Positions 1 to 10,177 of a DNA stretch of 64,000 nucleotides are shown here, one piece after another. The position numbers and the translations under genes were made by a program. Origin of the DNA: Paramoeba atlantica (taxonomy: Eukaryota; Protista; Discosea). The notes under the pieces were generated by a model. The model was not told the origin of the DNA. It searched no databases and was given only the letters and a program-made list of their open reading frames with translations. The DNA is taken from contig CDRNVI010000016.1 in the NCBI GenBank assembly GCA_977017575.1, forward strand, positions 248,001-312,000, in the 5' to 3' direction. How positions within the stretch are numbered: the first letter of the stretch is position 1; each line of letters starts with the position of its first letter.

Positions 1-605
1 GCAAGTGGGAAAAGAACGATGCAGCGATAGGTCTCAAGCAAAAAATACCAACACAACAGCATGGTGTGAAAATCACGAACCTTCTGGAATACGCAGAGCG
101 TTTAGCTGAAACCTATGAGTGCTCGAGGACAGAGATTGCAAGACTTTCGGCACTGTATTGGGGGCTATGCGCTACTCCAAGTGACAGTGCCCTTGAGAAC
201 TGTCGGCACCATAGCCTTATATTCCTGAAACATCTTCCCGAAACTATGGATATAGAACGTCCAAGCTTTGGTACAATTTTCGAGTTCGTACGAGATATTT
301 TACTTGGCAGACTGAATATGTATGAGGAGGCATGGAATACCACACTTGATCTCAACTTGGAAGATGAACTTAATATTGATGTTTACGAGTTGCTTGCACT
401 AATTCGTCTTCGTGCAGGATGCCCAGTTCATGCTATTGATATTATTAAGTATAGTAAGCAGATGCTGGAAGAATCTAGTGATGAACAAGGATCGGATTGT
501 TACGTAATTGATGAAGCAACGAAGGAGTTAAAGAAAAGAGGGCTTACTTATGACTGGGTGACCAATGTGGAACTTAACCCCTTGGAGTGTCTCCGAGAAT
601 CCTAG
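1..605 (+). CDS. Hypothetical protein, 5'-truncated by the window edge
   Basis: The frame of ORF 66..605 is open back to position 3. No recognisable domain. Confidence 0.5.
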   Translation, partial: KWEKNDAAIGLKQKIPTQQHGVKITNLLEYAERLAETYECSRTEIARLSALYWGLCATPSDSALENCRHHSLIFLKHLPETMDIERPSFGTIFEFVRDILLGRLNMYEEAWNTTLDLNLEDELNIDVYELLALIRLRAGCPVHAIDIIKYSKQMLEESSDEQGSDCYVIDEATKELKKRGLTYDWVTNVELNPLECLRES

Positions 606-861
606 ACGAGCCCCATATTCCTTTTTGCTTTATATCAAGATTTTTTTCTTAGCCTAACGTAAGCACCATTTTTCTTTATGCTAGGATCATTTGCAGAAAT
701 GTTTTGCAGTTCTAGTATTGTTTTAGTGTTGCAGACTTAGCGCAATTTACGTTTTGTAGTTTTAAAAATTATTGATGGCACCGCAGCGCCATCTCGTACT
801 GCAGAAGCAATTTTACTTTGAAACATATTTTACTACCATTTTCATACGATCAGCGTTATCA

Positions 862-3800
862 ATGAAACAAGGAAAGATGAGATTTCCTCTTGAGGCAGTT
901 CATTGCAGACCCAAAGTGAGAAGTGCGCTATATTCGAATGACCTTGAAATGCAAGTTCTGGACTGTACACAATACATTAGGCCGCCAAGTCCTGGGATTT
1001 CCGTAGTTTCCCATATCGAAGTTCCAGTTATCCGCCTATACGGGTGTACCATGAGTGGCCACTCGGTTCTTTTGCATGTATATAATTTTGAGCCATATCT
1101 TTGGATCGAAGCCCCTCCCCAATGGAACGCTTCACAGCATATGGAGTATTTTCGGCAATCGCTCAATACCATGTTGGCGCCTCAGACGCGTTCTCCCGGA
1201 ACCATCGTTCGAATTGAAGAACATGAGAGGGATTCCCTGCTCTACCACTCCGTGTCTGAAAACTCGAAAAAGAGTTTTCTAAAGCTTGTGTGTCAGCTTC
1301 CCGGACAAATACCAAGGGTGCGCACTGCAGTCGAAGGTGCATTGACCCTGCCACGATTGTGGAACGGCCAAAGGAATTTTCTCACATATGAGTCGAATGT
1401 ACTGTTTCCTCTTCGTTTTCTTGTTGATTTGGACATTGGCGGCAGTAGTTGGGTACGAATACCGAAAGGAAAATTCCGCGAGACGCAGCCTCGCGTATCA
1501 AACTGCCAAGTTGAACTGGATGTCTCACAATCAGTTATTGAGTCCTTCGAGGCTACGGGCGAGTGGATGAAAATAGCCCCCTTTCGTATATTATCTCTTG
1601 ATATCGAATGTCAGGGACGAAAAGGGTATTTTCCGGAAGCAAGTCGAGATCCAGTCATTCAGATTGCAGTACATGGTACAACAGCCCATGGAACAGGGCA
1701 TCGATCCTCAGAAGAGACTGCTGAAGAGAATGAATCCTTTGATGACGAACAAGTTGCGTGTAACAAAGTGTTCACCTTGGGATCTTGCGCCAGTATCGCC
1801 AGTTGTCATGTTCACAGCTATGAGAATGAAAAAGACATGCTGATTGCCTTTTCAGACTTTTTGTCTACGTATGACCCAGATTTCCTCACGGGGTATAACA
1901 TTTCGAACTTTGATTTTCCGTACCTTATGGAGCGAGCAACAACACTGCAAATTGCTAGCCGTTTTAGTACATGGGGTAGAATTCTTGACGAACGGACAAG
2001 CGTCAGGGACAAGTCGTTTAGCTCCAAACAGCAAGGAAACCGTGTCTATAAGGAATTAATCTGCGATGGACGTATTGTGCTGGATGTTATGCTATGTGTT
2101 CAACGAGACTACAAATTGCGATCATACTCGCTAAACAGTGTTTCACAGTCTTTTCTTGGAGAACAAAAGGAAGACGTTCACCATTCTATTATCTCTGATT
2201 TGCAGAACGGAAATGAGGAAACTCGCCGACGTTTAGCGGTTTACTGTCTAAAAGATGCGGTACTTCCTGTTCGGCTAATTGAAAAGCTAATGTTGCTTAT
2301 CAATAACATTGAAATGGCTCGAGTTTCCGGAGTTCCCATAGGCTGGCTTCTAGAGCGGGGACAGCAAATTAAGGTTTTTTCACAGATGTTACGCAAGGCG
2401 CAGAAAAAGCAATTGCTCTTTCCTGCAGTTGAGAGATACACCCCTAGCGAAGAAGGAGTTGGTTTTGAAGGTGCTACGGTGATTGAACCTAAACGTGGTT
2501 ACTACGAAGAACCGATTGCGACACTCGATTTCGCTTCTCTGTACCCCTCCATTATGATGGCTTATAACTTGTGCTACTCCACATTGGTTCGTCCTTCTGA
2601 AGTAGGAAAGTTGCCATCCGATTCCTATACGACAACTCCATCTGGGCATGTGTTTGTCAAGCCGGAGCGATTCCGAGGTATCCTGCCCCAAATATTAGAA
2701 GAATTTCTCACTGCGAGAAAGGCAGCAAAAGCGGCCATGAAACATGCTACGACCCCTCTTGAACACGCAGTGTTAAATGGGCGACAACTAGCTCTCAAAA
2801 TCAGTGCCAATAGCGTGTACGGTTTTACCGGTGCGCAAGTAGGTAAGTTACCATGTCTTGAAATCAGTTCCTCAGTAACTTCTTATGGGCGCACAATGAT
2901 AGAAAAAACTAAGGAACTTGTAGAGCAACACTATAGTACTGCAGAAGGTTATGAGAAAGATGCACAAGTTATTTACGGTGATACAGATTCCGTGATGGTA
3001 AATTTTCGGGCATCCGATTCCTCAGCTTCTGACTGCGTAAAGCTGGAGAAGTCGATGAAATTAGGCAAAGAGGCCGCGTCACTGGTAACAAGCAATTTTC
3101 CTTCTCCAATTAAACTGGAATTCGAAAAAGTATACTTTCCGTACATGTTGATGAATAAGAAACGGTACGCTGGTCTTCTGTGGACTCAACCGGATAAGTA
3201 CGATAAGCTGGATGTTAAAGGGATTGAAGCCGTTCGACGTGACAATTGTCCTCTAGTTGCTAATATCGTAAGCACCGTTCTGAATCGAATACTCATCGAA
3301 CGAAGCATACCTCGTGCAGTTGACTTCGTGAAGAAAACTATCAGCGACATGCTAATGAATCGTCTTGACATTTCACACCTTGTGATATCGAAAACATTCT
3401 CAAAAGCCGAAGATGAATACGTAGCGAAACAGGCTCATATAGCTTTGGTCGAAAGAATGCGCAAAAGAGATCCAGCTACAGCTCCCGTTGTTGGCGATCG
3501 TGTAGCATATGTCATTGTCAAAGGTCCGAAGGGAGCGAAAGCGTATGAAAAATCGGAGGACCCTCTTTATGTTCTAGAGCACAATATTGCCATTGACGCG
3601 AATCACTATTTGGAGCATCAGCTTGCTCTGCCGTTGCAAAGACTTTTTGAAGGAATTATAGACAAACCCGAATCGCTTGTGAATGGAGATCATACCCGGC
3701 ACATATCTGTCAGTACGCCAAGCAAGGCAGCCGGGGGTATTATGAAGTTTGCTAAAGTTAATTTACAGTGCCTGGCTTGCCGTACCGCGATGAAGCCAGG

Positions 3801-4056
3801 TGAAAAGGGTGCTGTTTGTAAAGCTTGCGAGCCCATCGCGTCAGAGGTCTACTTACGCATACTTGAAAAACGAAATCATTATGAAACTATGTTCGGTCGG
3901 GTTTGGACGCAGTGTCAACGTTGCCAAGGCTCTCTACACCAGGAGGTGCTGTGTACCAGTAGGGATTGTCCAGTCTTCTACATGCGAAAAAAAGTTCAGT
4001 CAGTGCTAAAGGAGGAGCAATCCTTCCTGGATCGATTCGGACACGTTGAGTGGTAA
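862..4056 (+). CDS. POLD1: DNA polymerase delta catalytic subunit
   Basis: Exo I LSLDIEC; Pol motifs DFASLYPSIM, KISANSVYGFTG and YGDTDS; C-terminal CysA (CLAC..CKAC) and CysB (CQRC..CTSRDC). ATG 862 taken as start (ORF track starts at TTG 772). Confidence 0.97.
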   Translation: MKQGKMRFPLEAVHCRPKVRSALYSNDLEMQVLDCTQYIRPPSPGISVVSHIEVPVIRLYGCTMSGHSVLLHVYNFEPYLWIEAPPQWNASQHMEYFRQSLNTMLAPQTRSPGTIVRIEEHERDSLLYHSVSENSKKSFLKLVCQLPGQIPRVRTAVEGALTLPRLWNGQRNFLTYESNVLFPLRFLVDLDIGGSSWVRIPKGKFRETQPRVSNCQVELDVSQSVIESFEATGEWMKIAPFRILSLDIECQGRKGYFPEASRDPVIQIAVHGTTAHGTGHRSSEETAEENESFDDEQVACNKVFTLGSCASIASCHVHSYENEKDMLIAFSDFLSTYDPDFLTGYNISNFDFPYLMERATTLQIASRFSTWGRILDERTSVRDKSFSSKQQGNRVYKELICDGRIVLDVMLCVQRDYKLRSYSLNSVSQSFLGEQKEDVHHSIISDLQNGNEETRRRLAVYCLKDAVLPVRLIEKLMLLINNIEMARVSGVPIGWLLERGQQIKVFSQMLRKAQKKQLLFPAVERYTPSEEGVGFEGATVIEPKRGYYEEPIATLDFASLYPSIMMAYNLCYSTLVRPSEVGKLPSDSYTTTPSGHVFVKPERFRGILPQILEEFLTARKAAKAAMKHATTPLEHAVLNGRQLALKISANSVYGFTGAQVGKLPCLEISSSVTSYGRTMIEKTKELVEQHYSTAEGYEKDAQVIYGDTDSVMVNFRASDSSASDCVKLEKSMKLGKEAASLVTSNFPSPIKLEFEKVYFPYMLMNKKRYAGLLWTQPDKYDKLDVKGIEAVRRDNCPLVANIVSTVLNRILIERSIPRAVDFVKKTISDMLMNRLDISHLVISKTFSKAEDEYVAKQAHIALVERMRKRDPATAPVVGDRVAYVIVKGPKGAKAYEKSEDPLYVLEHNIAIDANHYLEHQLALPLQRLFEGIIDKPESLVNGDHTRHISVSTPSKAAGGIMKFAKVNLQCLACRTAMKPGEKGAVCKACEPIASEVYLRILEKRNHYETMFGRVWTQCQRCQGSLHQEVLCTSRDCPVFYMRKKVQSVLKEEQSFLDRFGHVEW

Positions 4057-4504
4057 ACACATATTGGTGTCTTAAAAAATCAATTTTGGACCACCGGAAA
4101 CATATTGCCTTTGTCTGATGTTTATTCCCCGATGACCGTAACGAAAAAATATAACAGAAGTTGAGCTTGAGTACATTGTGCGTATATTTCGAGCTCTCAG
4201 GTGCATAGTAGCTAGACCTAGTAGCTGTTTATTCTATACAGTGTATATAGAAGCGCGACCATTAGAACGTACAAGACAAATTCTGAACAAATATCATCTT
4301 GTGAAAGATTGGAGATAATGTATTCGGTTGATACACTAAATCGAAAATAGAACTACAACGTACGAATTCGATTCGCATACTTAATTTGCGTATGAGGATT
4401 TTCTATATTTTGTTTTGTGACATTCAGCGGATCGAAACTTTGTGGTTATTTTTTTCTTGACAGGAACACAATGCCTGGTGTGGCTTAACAGTCTTTCAAG
4501 TGCT

Positions 4505-5350
4505 ATGGCTAGACCGAAGAAACCGAGAAACTCCTCTGAGACCGCCCAGCTAGCAGCAAGGCTTGAAAGCGATTCTTGTGAAAAATATTTCCAGGAAATC
4601 AACCTCTCGATACCTACTCCACATCGTCGTCGTATCGTTATCGGCAGTGTTGCGGAATGGTTGGGAGATGATGCAAAGACAACTGTCACCCACAACTGGG
4701 TGTGTTACGTGCGAGCTGGTACAGACGAGGACCCAACTCTTCAGTACATATCGTCGGTCCGTTTCCGAATGCACGAGTCTGTCCCTAACCCGATTCGTGT
4801 GATTGCCTCCCCTGGTCCTTATGAGGTCCAGGAACAGGCCTGGGGAGAATTCGAGATTCATATTGACATATTCTTTGTCGATGCAACAGTTCCTCCCTAC
4901 GAGACGTGTCACATGCTACGTCTTCGAAGTCCACCAACGCATGACCCTATATCTTTTTTTCCTTCCCCAGAATCGGGAGTGAAAACGACTACACCGGAAG
5001 ATGTGGAAATTTATGATTCGGCGTTGAAGTATTCTCTAGATCCCGTTGTTTCTGAATTTCATGACGAATTGTTGTTCATTAAGCCTTCGGCAATTCTTCT
5101 TAAGGCTTTAAATAGTGAAAGACAGATGCAAAAGAGACAAACGGAGGATGTTAAATCGAATTTCCTGGCACTACAAGAGCGGGAGGCGTCATATGTCAAG
5201 TCCTTGTTGGACTCCGTAAACGATGAGGTAATCATGCTTTTACAACAGTCTGAATCTACTTTCCAATCATTTGAGACACTTCGCGGAGAATTCGACAAAG
5301 GCTTGCAGGATTTGGAAGGGAGGCTGCAGTATCCGCAACTAAACACATGA
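4505..5350 (+). CDS. YEATS-domain protein (Yaf9/GAS41-like)
   Basis: THNWVCYVR...VRFRMHESVPNPIRVI..PGPYEVQEQAWGEFEIHIDIFF matches the YEATS signature; helical C-terminal tail. ATG 4505 (MARPKKPR) is the likely start. Confidence 0.85.
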   Translation: MARPKKPRNSSETAQLAARLESDSCEKYFQEINLSIPTPHRRRIVIGSVAEWLGDDAKTTVTHNWVCYVRAGTDEDPTLQYISSVRFRMHESVPNPIRVIASPGPYEVQEQAWGEFEIHIDIFFVDATVPPYETCHMLRLRSPPTHDPISFFPSPESGVKTTTPEDVEIYDSALKYSLDPVVSEFHDELLFIKPSAILLKALNSERQMQKRQTEDVKSNFLALQEREASYVKSLLDSVNDEVIMLLQQSESTFQSFETLRGEFDKGLQDLEGRLQYPQLNT

Positions 5351-5655
5351 TCAACATTCCGAGCTGGTCTCCGCAAGATTCATTTAAGACCGTAATACAA
5401 ACGCAACCATGTTTTCTTCAGTGGCATATTTCTAGAAAAATCGAAAATTGTTCTTTACCTAGTTCTTCGTGTGCCTTCACCCAAAGGGATTGGTAAGCTG
5501 CCCAGAAAGGAGAACCTATACTTGACAAACCCCATAAGAAATCGTGTTGTATTGTGTAATGTCTCTCTTCATTCATATATTTTCTGTTTGTATTGATTCT
5601 CTTGTTTTCTATCGAAATATGGTCATTGATTTTGATACCGAAATATTACTAGATC

Positions 5656-6957
5656 ATGGAAAAATTACCAGGAACGTCATCGTGGCGCCCGATTTTTGAT
5701 TGGTGTCGCAAAACATTGCGTTGCCACCCGCGGTACGAGATGAGAAATTCGATCGGATTGCCCAACACTCTGGTTGACCCTTTTCAACTGAATTCAGCCA
5801 GCATTCGAGTCTTGCGAGAGACCAAATCTATGATACAAAGACTTGGAGGCTATTGCTTGCCATCTCCACTTTCAAAGACTTCCACAAACCGCTTTTCAGA
5901 CCACGCGCAACATGCTCAGCTGCCGGTGAACTATACCACTATATGCTCCTGGAACTGCTTACAAGATTTGCAGTCATTTCGCAAAGCAGTTGGCATTGAC
6001 CTGCCGGTCGATTACACTACGGAGGAGCTTGCAGCCACACATGTGACAGATCTGCATGCTCAATGCGCAGCAAGTGGTCTTGCTCCGGGGGCTTTTATAG
6101 GGACTATGAATTCAATCCCTTACCAATATGGATCTCAGGGCACATGGGACGGTATATCGCATGTTTTACTGCCCGGAGTTTCCCGAGAAAGATTGGCTCG
6201 TTCAAAAATAGTATTTCTTGCTTGTGACGGTGTTCTTTTTTCCGAAAAAGCAAGAAATTTTATTAAACATGTTTCTCATCAGCACACAGGCAAACTTAGA
6301 CTTCCTTCGAAAATTTGTTCTCTTCCGCATCGATTGCTTGAACATTTAATATGTTCTCCAAGATATAGCAGCAAAAGCTTGCTGTTAAAAAACGTTTATT
6401 ACAATCATGCACTTTACGAATGGCAAAAATACGATCCTGACATACATTTTGTGATGATTGATCATCTGCAATGGTTTGATGCTGAATGCTTCCGGGACTT
6501 ACTTTTGTACCCTCTTCGTGTTGTTGGCTCCGTTGGACATGGCGCTCGGCTTCGCGGAGTCCTGGCATGGCTAAAGCAAGTCATGGGTGCTCATCTCGGA
6601 ATAGAAAATGTCAAGTTTATTATTTTAGATGCCGTCGAAGCACCATACTTTAAGCATAGATTGTCCTCATTTAATGATAACAGAATTCGTGAACGGGAGG
6701 GTATTTGCCTTCCCCGACCCTTATTTACGGTTAAAGGGGGGTCTTTTTTGGTGAAAAACCTGGAGCCGGTGCAACGGCTTTTAGAAAATTCTCGGTATTC
6801 TACCTCCCTTGAAACGGTTTTGGAACAAAACGATATTCAGGAGAACTGTAAATCGTTTTGGAAAAGTACTAATTATGATTTGGAAGTGGAGCCAGACAAA
6901 CCCCCGGAGCACTTCAGAATCCTTACAAACCGTAAGACCCAGGCTAAAAATATGTAG
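5656..6957 (+). CDS. Hypothetical protein with a degenerate HAD-like (HAD_SAK-type) domain
   Basis: 433-aa ORF; IVFLACDGVL (motif-I-like), RLRGVLAWL and KFIILDA (motif-IV-like). Catalytic Asp residues are replaced. Confidence 0.55.
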   Translation: MEKLPGTSSWRPIFDWCRKTLRCHPRYEMRNSIGLPNTLVDPFQLNSASIRVLRETKSMIQRLGGYCLPSPLSKTSTNRFSDHAQHAQLPVNYTTICSWNCLQDLQSFRKAVGIDLPVDYTTEELAATHVTDLHAQCAASGLAPGAFIGTMNSIPYQYGSQGTWDGISHVLLPGVSRERLARSKIVFLACDGVLFSEKARNFIKHVSHQHTGKLRLPSKICSLPHRLLEHLICSPRYSSKSLLLKNVYYNHALYEWQKYDPDIHFVMIDHLQWFDAECFRDLLLYPLRVVGSVGHGARLRGVLAWLKQVMGAHLGIENVKFIILDAVEAPYFKHRLSSFNDNRIREREGICLPRPLFTVKGGSFLVKNLEPVQRLLENSRYSTSLETVLEQNDIQENCKSFWKSTNYDLEVEPDKPPEHFRILTNRKTQAKNM

Positions 6958-7314
6958 CATGTTCTACGGGAAAGCAGAAACGGAATGACTGAAGGAATCA
7001 TCCTTTGTTGCAACTGTAAACTTTATTTTCTTAAATAGATGTGACATTATGTAGTATATAACTTGCCGTGTTATATTTTCGCATTTTTTGTGAAACAGAT
7101 GAAGAGAATTCACTCAGACTTTTTCTTTCGTCGCAAATACAATACATTCGTTGTATAATATAGCTTTTTATTTTTCACTTTCTTAGCTTGCCAATTCACA
7201 TTCTTTTATGTTTTTTCCAGACGTGAAGTTTATCTCAACGTCACATTAGGTATAATTTCTTCAAGGGAGGTTTCATACTGTCATTACTAAATCAGTGTCC
7301 CACTTACCATATTA

Positions 7315-7955
7315 CTCCCCTCCCTATCCTAGCGTTGCCCCGGTACCCCCCCTCCTAGCGTTGCTTTTGAGGATAACTAATCCTGCCGCGAAGCGGCAGA
7401 TTTTTTTTTTCGTTCTTTTTTTTCCGAGTTTTATATTCATGAAGACATTTTTTTATCGATTTTAATAATTTATCAATCCCATGCTATTACTGTCATTAGC
7501 CATTAGTCTCACTATATTACCATCTTAGAATCGTCATCGACATGTCTAGAGATTCACTTGAAAATCGTGGCCCGATGAGCAAGTACATTATTCGAAATCT
7601 CCCATTGCCAAGAATCGGAGGCGTTGCAAGTGAGATTACTTCTACTACAATCCCAGCAACGGTACCCTTTTCCACTGAGGCGCTAGGATGCAAACCCTCA
7701 AAAATACTGACCATGCAAGAAAAACTCGTCGTTTGTAGATCTTCACTATCTACGAAGGAATTGAGCGAGAAATATGGCACTTCCACACAAAGCATTAGAA
7801 AAATAAAAGAAGTGGGTGAAAAGGAATATCAGGCGCGTGTCAACCGGGATGGCAAGAACCGAAAGCGAGATTATTGGGCCCCTGGTTTTTACCCCCCCCC
7901 CTCCTAGCGTTGCTTTTCACCAAAACCAGGCAACGCTAGGATAGGGGGGGGGGAG
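7315..7955. mobile_element. TA-flanked MITE / non-autonomous Tc1-mariner-type element, 641 bp
   Basis: TA at 7313-14 and 7956-57. Imperfect TIRs of about 30 bp (CTCCCCTCCCTATCCTAGCGTTGCC.. and ..GGCAACGCTAGGATAGGGGGGGGGGAG). Internal direct repeat at 7345-7368 and 7891-7917. Confidence 0.85.
7542..7907 (+). CDS. Small HTH-containing ORF inside the MITE (transposase DNA-binding remnant?)
   Basis: LTMQEKLVVCRSSLSTKELSEKYGTSTQSIRKIKE resembles a psq/CENP-B-type helix-turn-helix. No catalytic domain. Confidence 0.45.
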   Translation: MSRDSLENRGPMSKYIIRNLPLPRIGGVASEITSTTIPATVPFSTEALGCKPSKILTMQEKLVVCRSSLSTKELSEKYGTSTQSIRKIKEVGEKEYQARVNRDGKNRKRDYWAPGFYPPPS

Positions 7956-8200
7956 TACGAAGGTATAGGTACAGGGGTTTCAGTTGATCCCCTCACGGAA
8001 ACAGGGGTTCTACAGGGATTTTTTTACGAAGTGATCAACATTAGATTTATTCAATATTCACGTTATTAACTTTTTCATTTACCTTAGAATACTTTAACCA
8101 CAGTATTCTTTTCCGCATATTGTTTTTTCTTGCTGGAGCTCGCATCTTTTGATTTTATCGTTTCATCGCCTTCCTTTCACCGCCCAACTTCAAAACAAAA

Positions 8201-9841
8201 ATGCTCACCTGTGGAATATGTTTTGAAATTATGAAAGACCCTGTCGTGCTGCTCTGCGGCGACGCCTTTTGCGCAACGTGTCTGAGAGGTCACATGGAGC
8301 GTCACGCAGGCCCGGAGGGCGCGCTTTGCTTCATGTGTCACAAAGTCTCCCCCGGAGTTACCGTACAAACCGTCTCACGGTACCGTAGCCCTGAATTAGC
8401 CGCGCGTATCCGTGAGCTGCTGGGCACTGATTCTTCCGAGGCAGCAACGTGCGAGTGGTGCGAGGAGAAGCCCCCGACGCAGTACTGTGCCCTGTGTAAC
8501 TACGCCCTGTGTGCGGAGTGCACTGTCGCGGTACATAAGAATAGTGCGAAGCGCAACCACAGCACGTTCTCCCTACAGGATGGACGGAAGCCTACAGGGT
8601 CCGCAGGGGGGTGTCACAAATGTAACCAGAAAGGTCATGAGGAGTACCGCGCGGAATTCTTTTGTGTACAATGTCAAACCACTGTTTGTGTGTATTGCCT
8701 ACAAGTGGGTCATCACCGAGGCCATGAGAATATCTCCGTAGCGGATGCCGCGGCGGATGTGCGTCAGCAGCTATCTCGTCAAGTTGAGGAAGTGATTCAA
8801 ATCAAGAACTCAATTGATGCCGCGGGTAAAGAGCTCAATCGTGTCACTTACCATTATGAAGATACGTATGATCATGTTGAACAAGCTCTAACAGAGCGCT
8901 TTGCGTACTACCAGCAACAGTTGCTGCGAAAAGAATCTGAAGTGCGCGAGGTGTTACAGGGACTGCGTTCACAAGGAGACCGCGTTATCGCAGAATGTAG
9001 AAAAGAAACATTGCTACAGATGGATAAATTGAATGAAACTATTGCGCGCGGAAGGCATTTTCAGAGTTCCGCAAGCGACACGGATGTGATTGAAAATCGT
9101 GTTGCGTTAAACACATTTCAAAACTTGGAAGCACCTTGCATCCAAGGTGGTGGCTTCCATTTTAAGGATCCTGGAGAGTTGAATCTTGGCGATGTAGGAG
9201 TCAGTCTTGACATATCTGAAATAGAAAGTGCTAACACAGTTCCGAAATCTTTAAGGGCCCCCGTATCCGCCAAATCAGTATCTTCCGACCCAATGCGCCG
9301 TGAAGCAGGTGCAGGACGCACGCCAATATACACTGAGAAACCTTCGCATACGTCGGCTGCGTTGCCTAAAGCGAAACTTAGTTTTCCCGAGGATCGTGAA
9401 GTAAAAATACACAATTTACCCGAAGGTCAACAGTTCGTTTGTTCCGAAACGTTATCGACACCCCAAATTGGAATGAGAGCGAAAGAATCTTTCATGGAAG
9501 GTGTGCACTCATGGAGTGTTCGTATTACCCGTGAGTTTAAAGGTGGAATTGGGCTGGTGTGCCTTGGGGGAACTTCTGAGGCTCAAACAGGGGAAGCATT
9601 AGTATGGCGCCCGGCAAAGCAGCTTGTGGAGGGTCGGTTGGGTGTCCCTACTGAATTAAGTCGCCGACATCCAATTCCTCGATCGGGTGATACATTGCAC
9701 TTTACATTCGATAGTGAAAGGCGCGTGCTAAAAGTGGCTCATAACGATACCCCGCGTGGGGTGCTTGTGGAACATGTCCCCGGGTGGGTTGCTCCGTGTC
9801 TGATTTTTACGTCTGGAGATAGTGTCACTGTACTGAACTGA
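8201..9841 (+). CDS. TRIM-like protein: RING - B-box1 - B-box2 - coiled coil - SPRY-like
   Basis: CGIC..CGDAFCATC..CFMC; CEWC..CALC..CAEC..H..H; C..H..CVQC..CVYC..H..H; heptad region; C-terminal GVHSWSVRI..GIGLV..GDTLHFTFD..APCLIF. Confidence 0.85.
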   Translation: MLTCGICFEIMKDPVVLLCGDAFCATCLRGHMERHAGPEGALCFMCHKVSPGVTVQTVSRYRSPELAARIRELLGTDSSEAATCEWCEEKPPTQYCALCNYALCAECTVAVHKNSAKRNHSTFSLQDGRKPTGSAGGCHKCNQKGHEEYRAEFFCVQCQTTVCVYCLQVGHHRGHENISVADAAADVRQQLSRQVEEVIQIKNSIDAAGKELNRVTYHYEDTYDHVEQALTERFAYYQQQLLRKESEVREVLQGLRSQGDRVIAECRKETLLQMDKLNETIARGRHFQSSASDTDVIENRVALNTFQNLEAPCIQGGGFHFKDPGELNLGDVGVSLDISEIESANTVPKSLRAPVSAKSVSSDPMRREAGAGRTPIYTEKPSHTSAALPKAKLSFPEDREVKIHNLPEGQQFVCSETLSTPQIGMRAKESFMEGVHSWSVRITREFKGGIGLVCLGGTSEAQTGEALVWRPAKQLVEGRLGVPTELSRRHPIPRSGDTLHFTFDSERRVLKVAHNDTPRGVLVEHVPGWVAPCLIFTSGDSVTVLN

Positions 9842-10177
9842 TAAGTACCGGGACGCAGGTCATAAAAGCCATAAAAGTGGGAGAACGAAAACAGGTGCAG
9901 TTAAATTGTGTGGTAATTATGCATTTCAGTTCTGAATGTACATGCTACAGAGCATGAAGAGAATGAACTGGGGTACGAGCCCAAGCACTGGATAATAAGC
10001 AAACAACATGTATGCTCATGTATGTAGTTGATCATTCGTAGTGATTCAAGGAAAAGAACGAATACTACCCTTATTGTCATGATTTCTTTGATCGCTGTAA
10101 AGATAAGAATTTTGTTCATTGACTAAGAATATTGTGTATCAGTACATGTGTACGATTACCTTTTTTATACCTTTCTG

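Noticed and set aside
862-4056. Family B polymerase as a viral or Polinton marker
   Set aside because: It has eukaryotic Pol delta CysA/CysB motifs and sits among housekeeping genes; no capsid, packaging ATPase or integrase nearby.
7383-7410. Bacterial rho-independent terminator
   Set aside because: The context is eukaryotic and inside a MITE; kept only as a hairpin observation.
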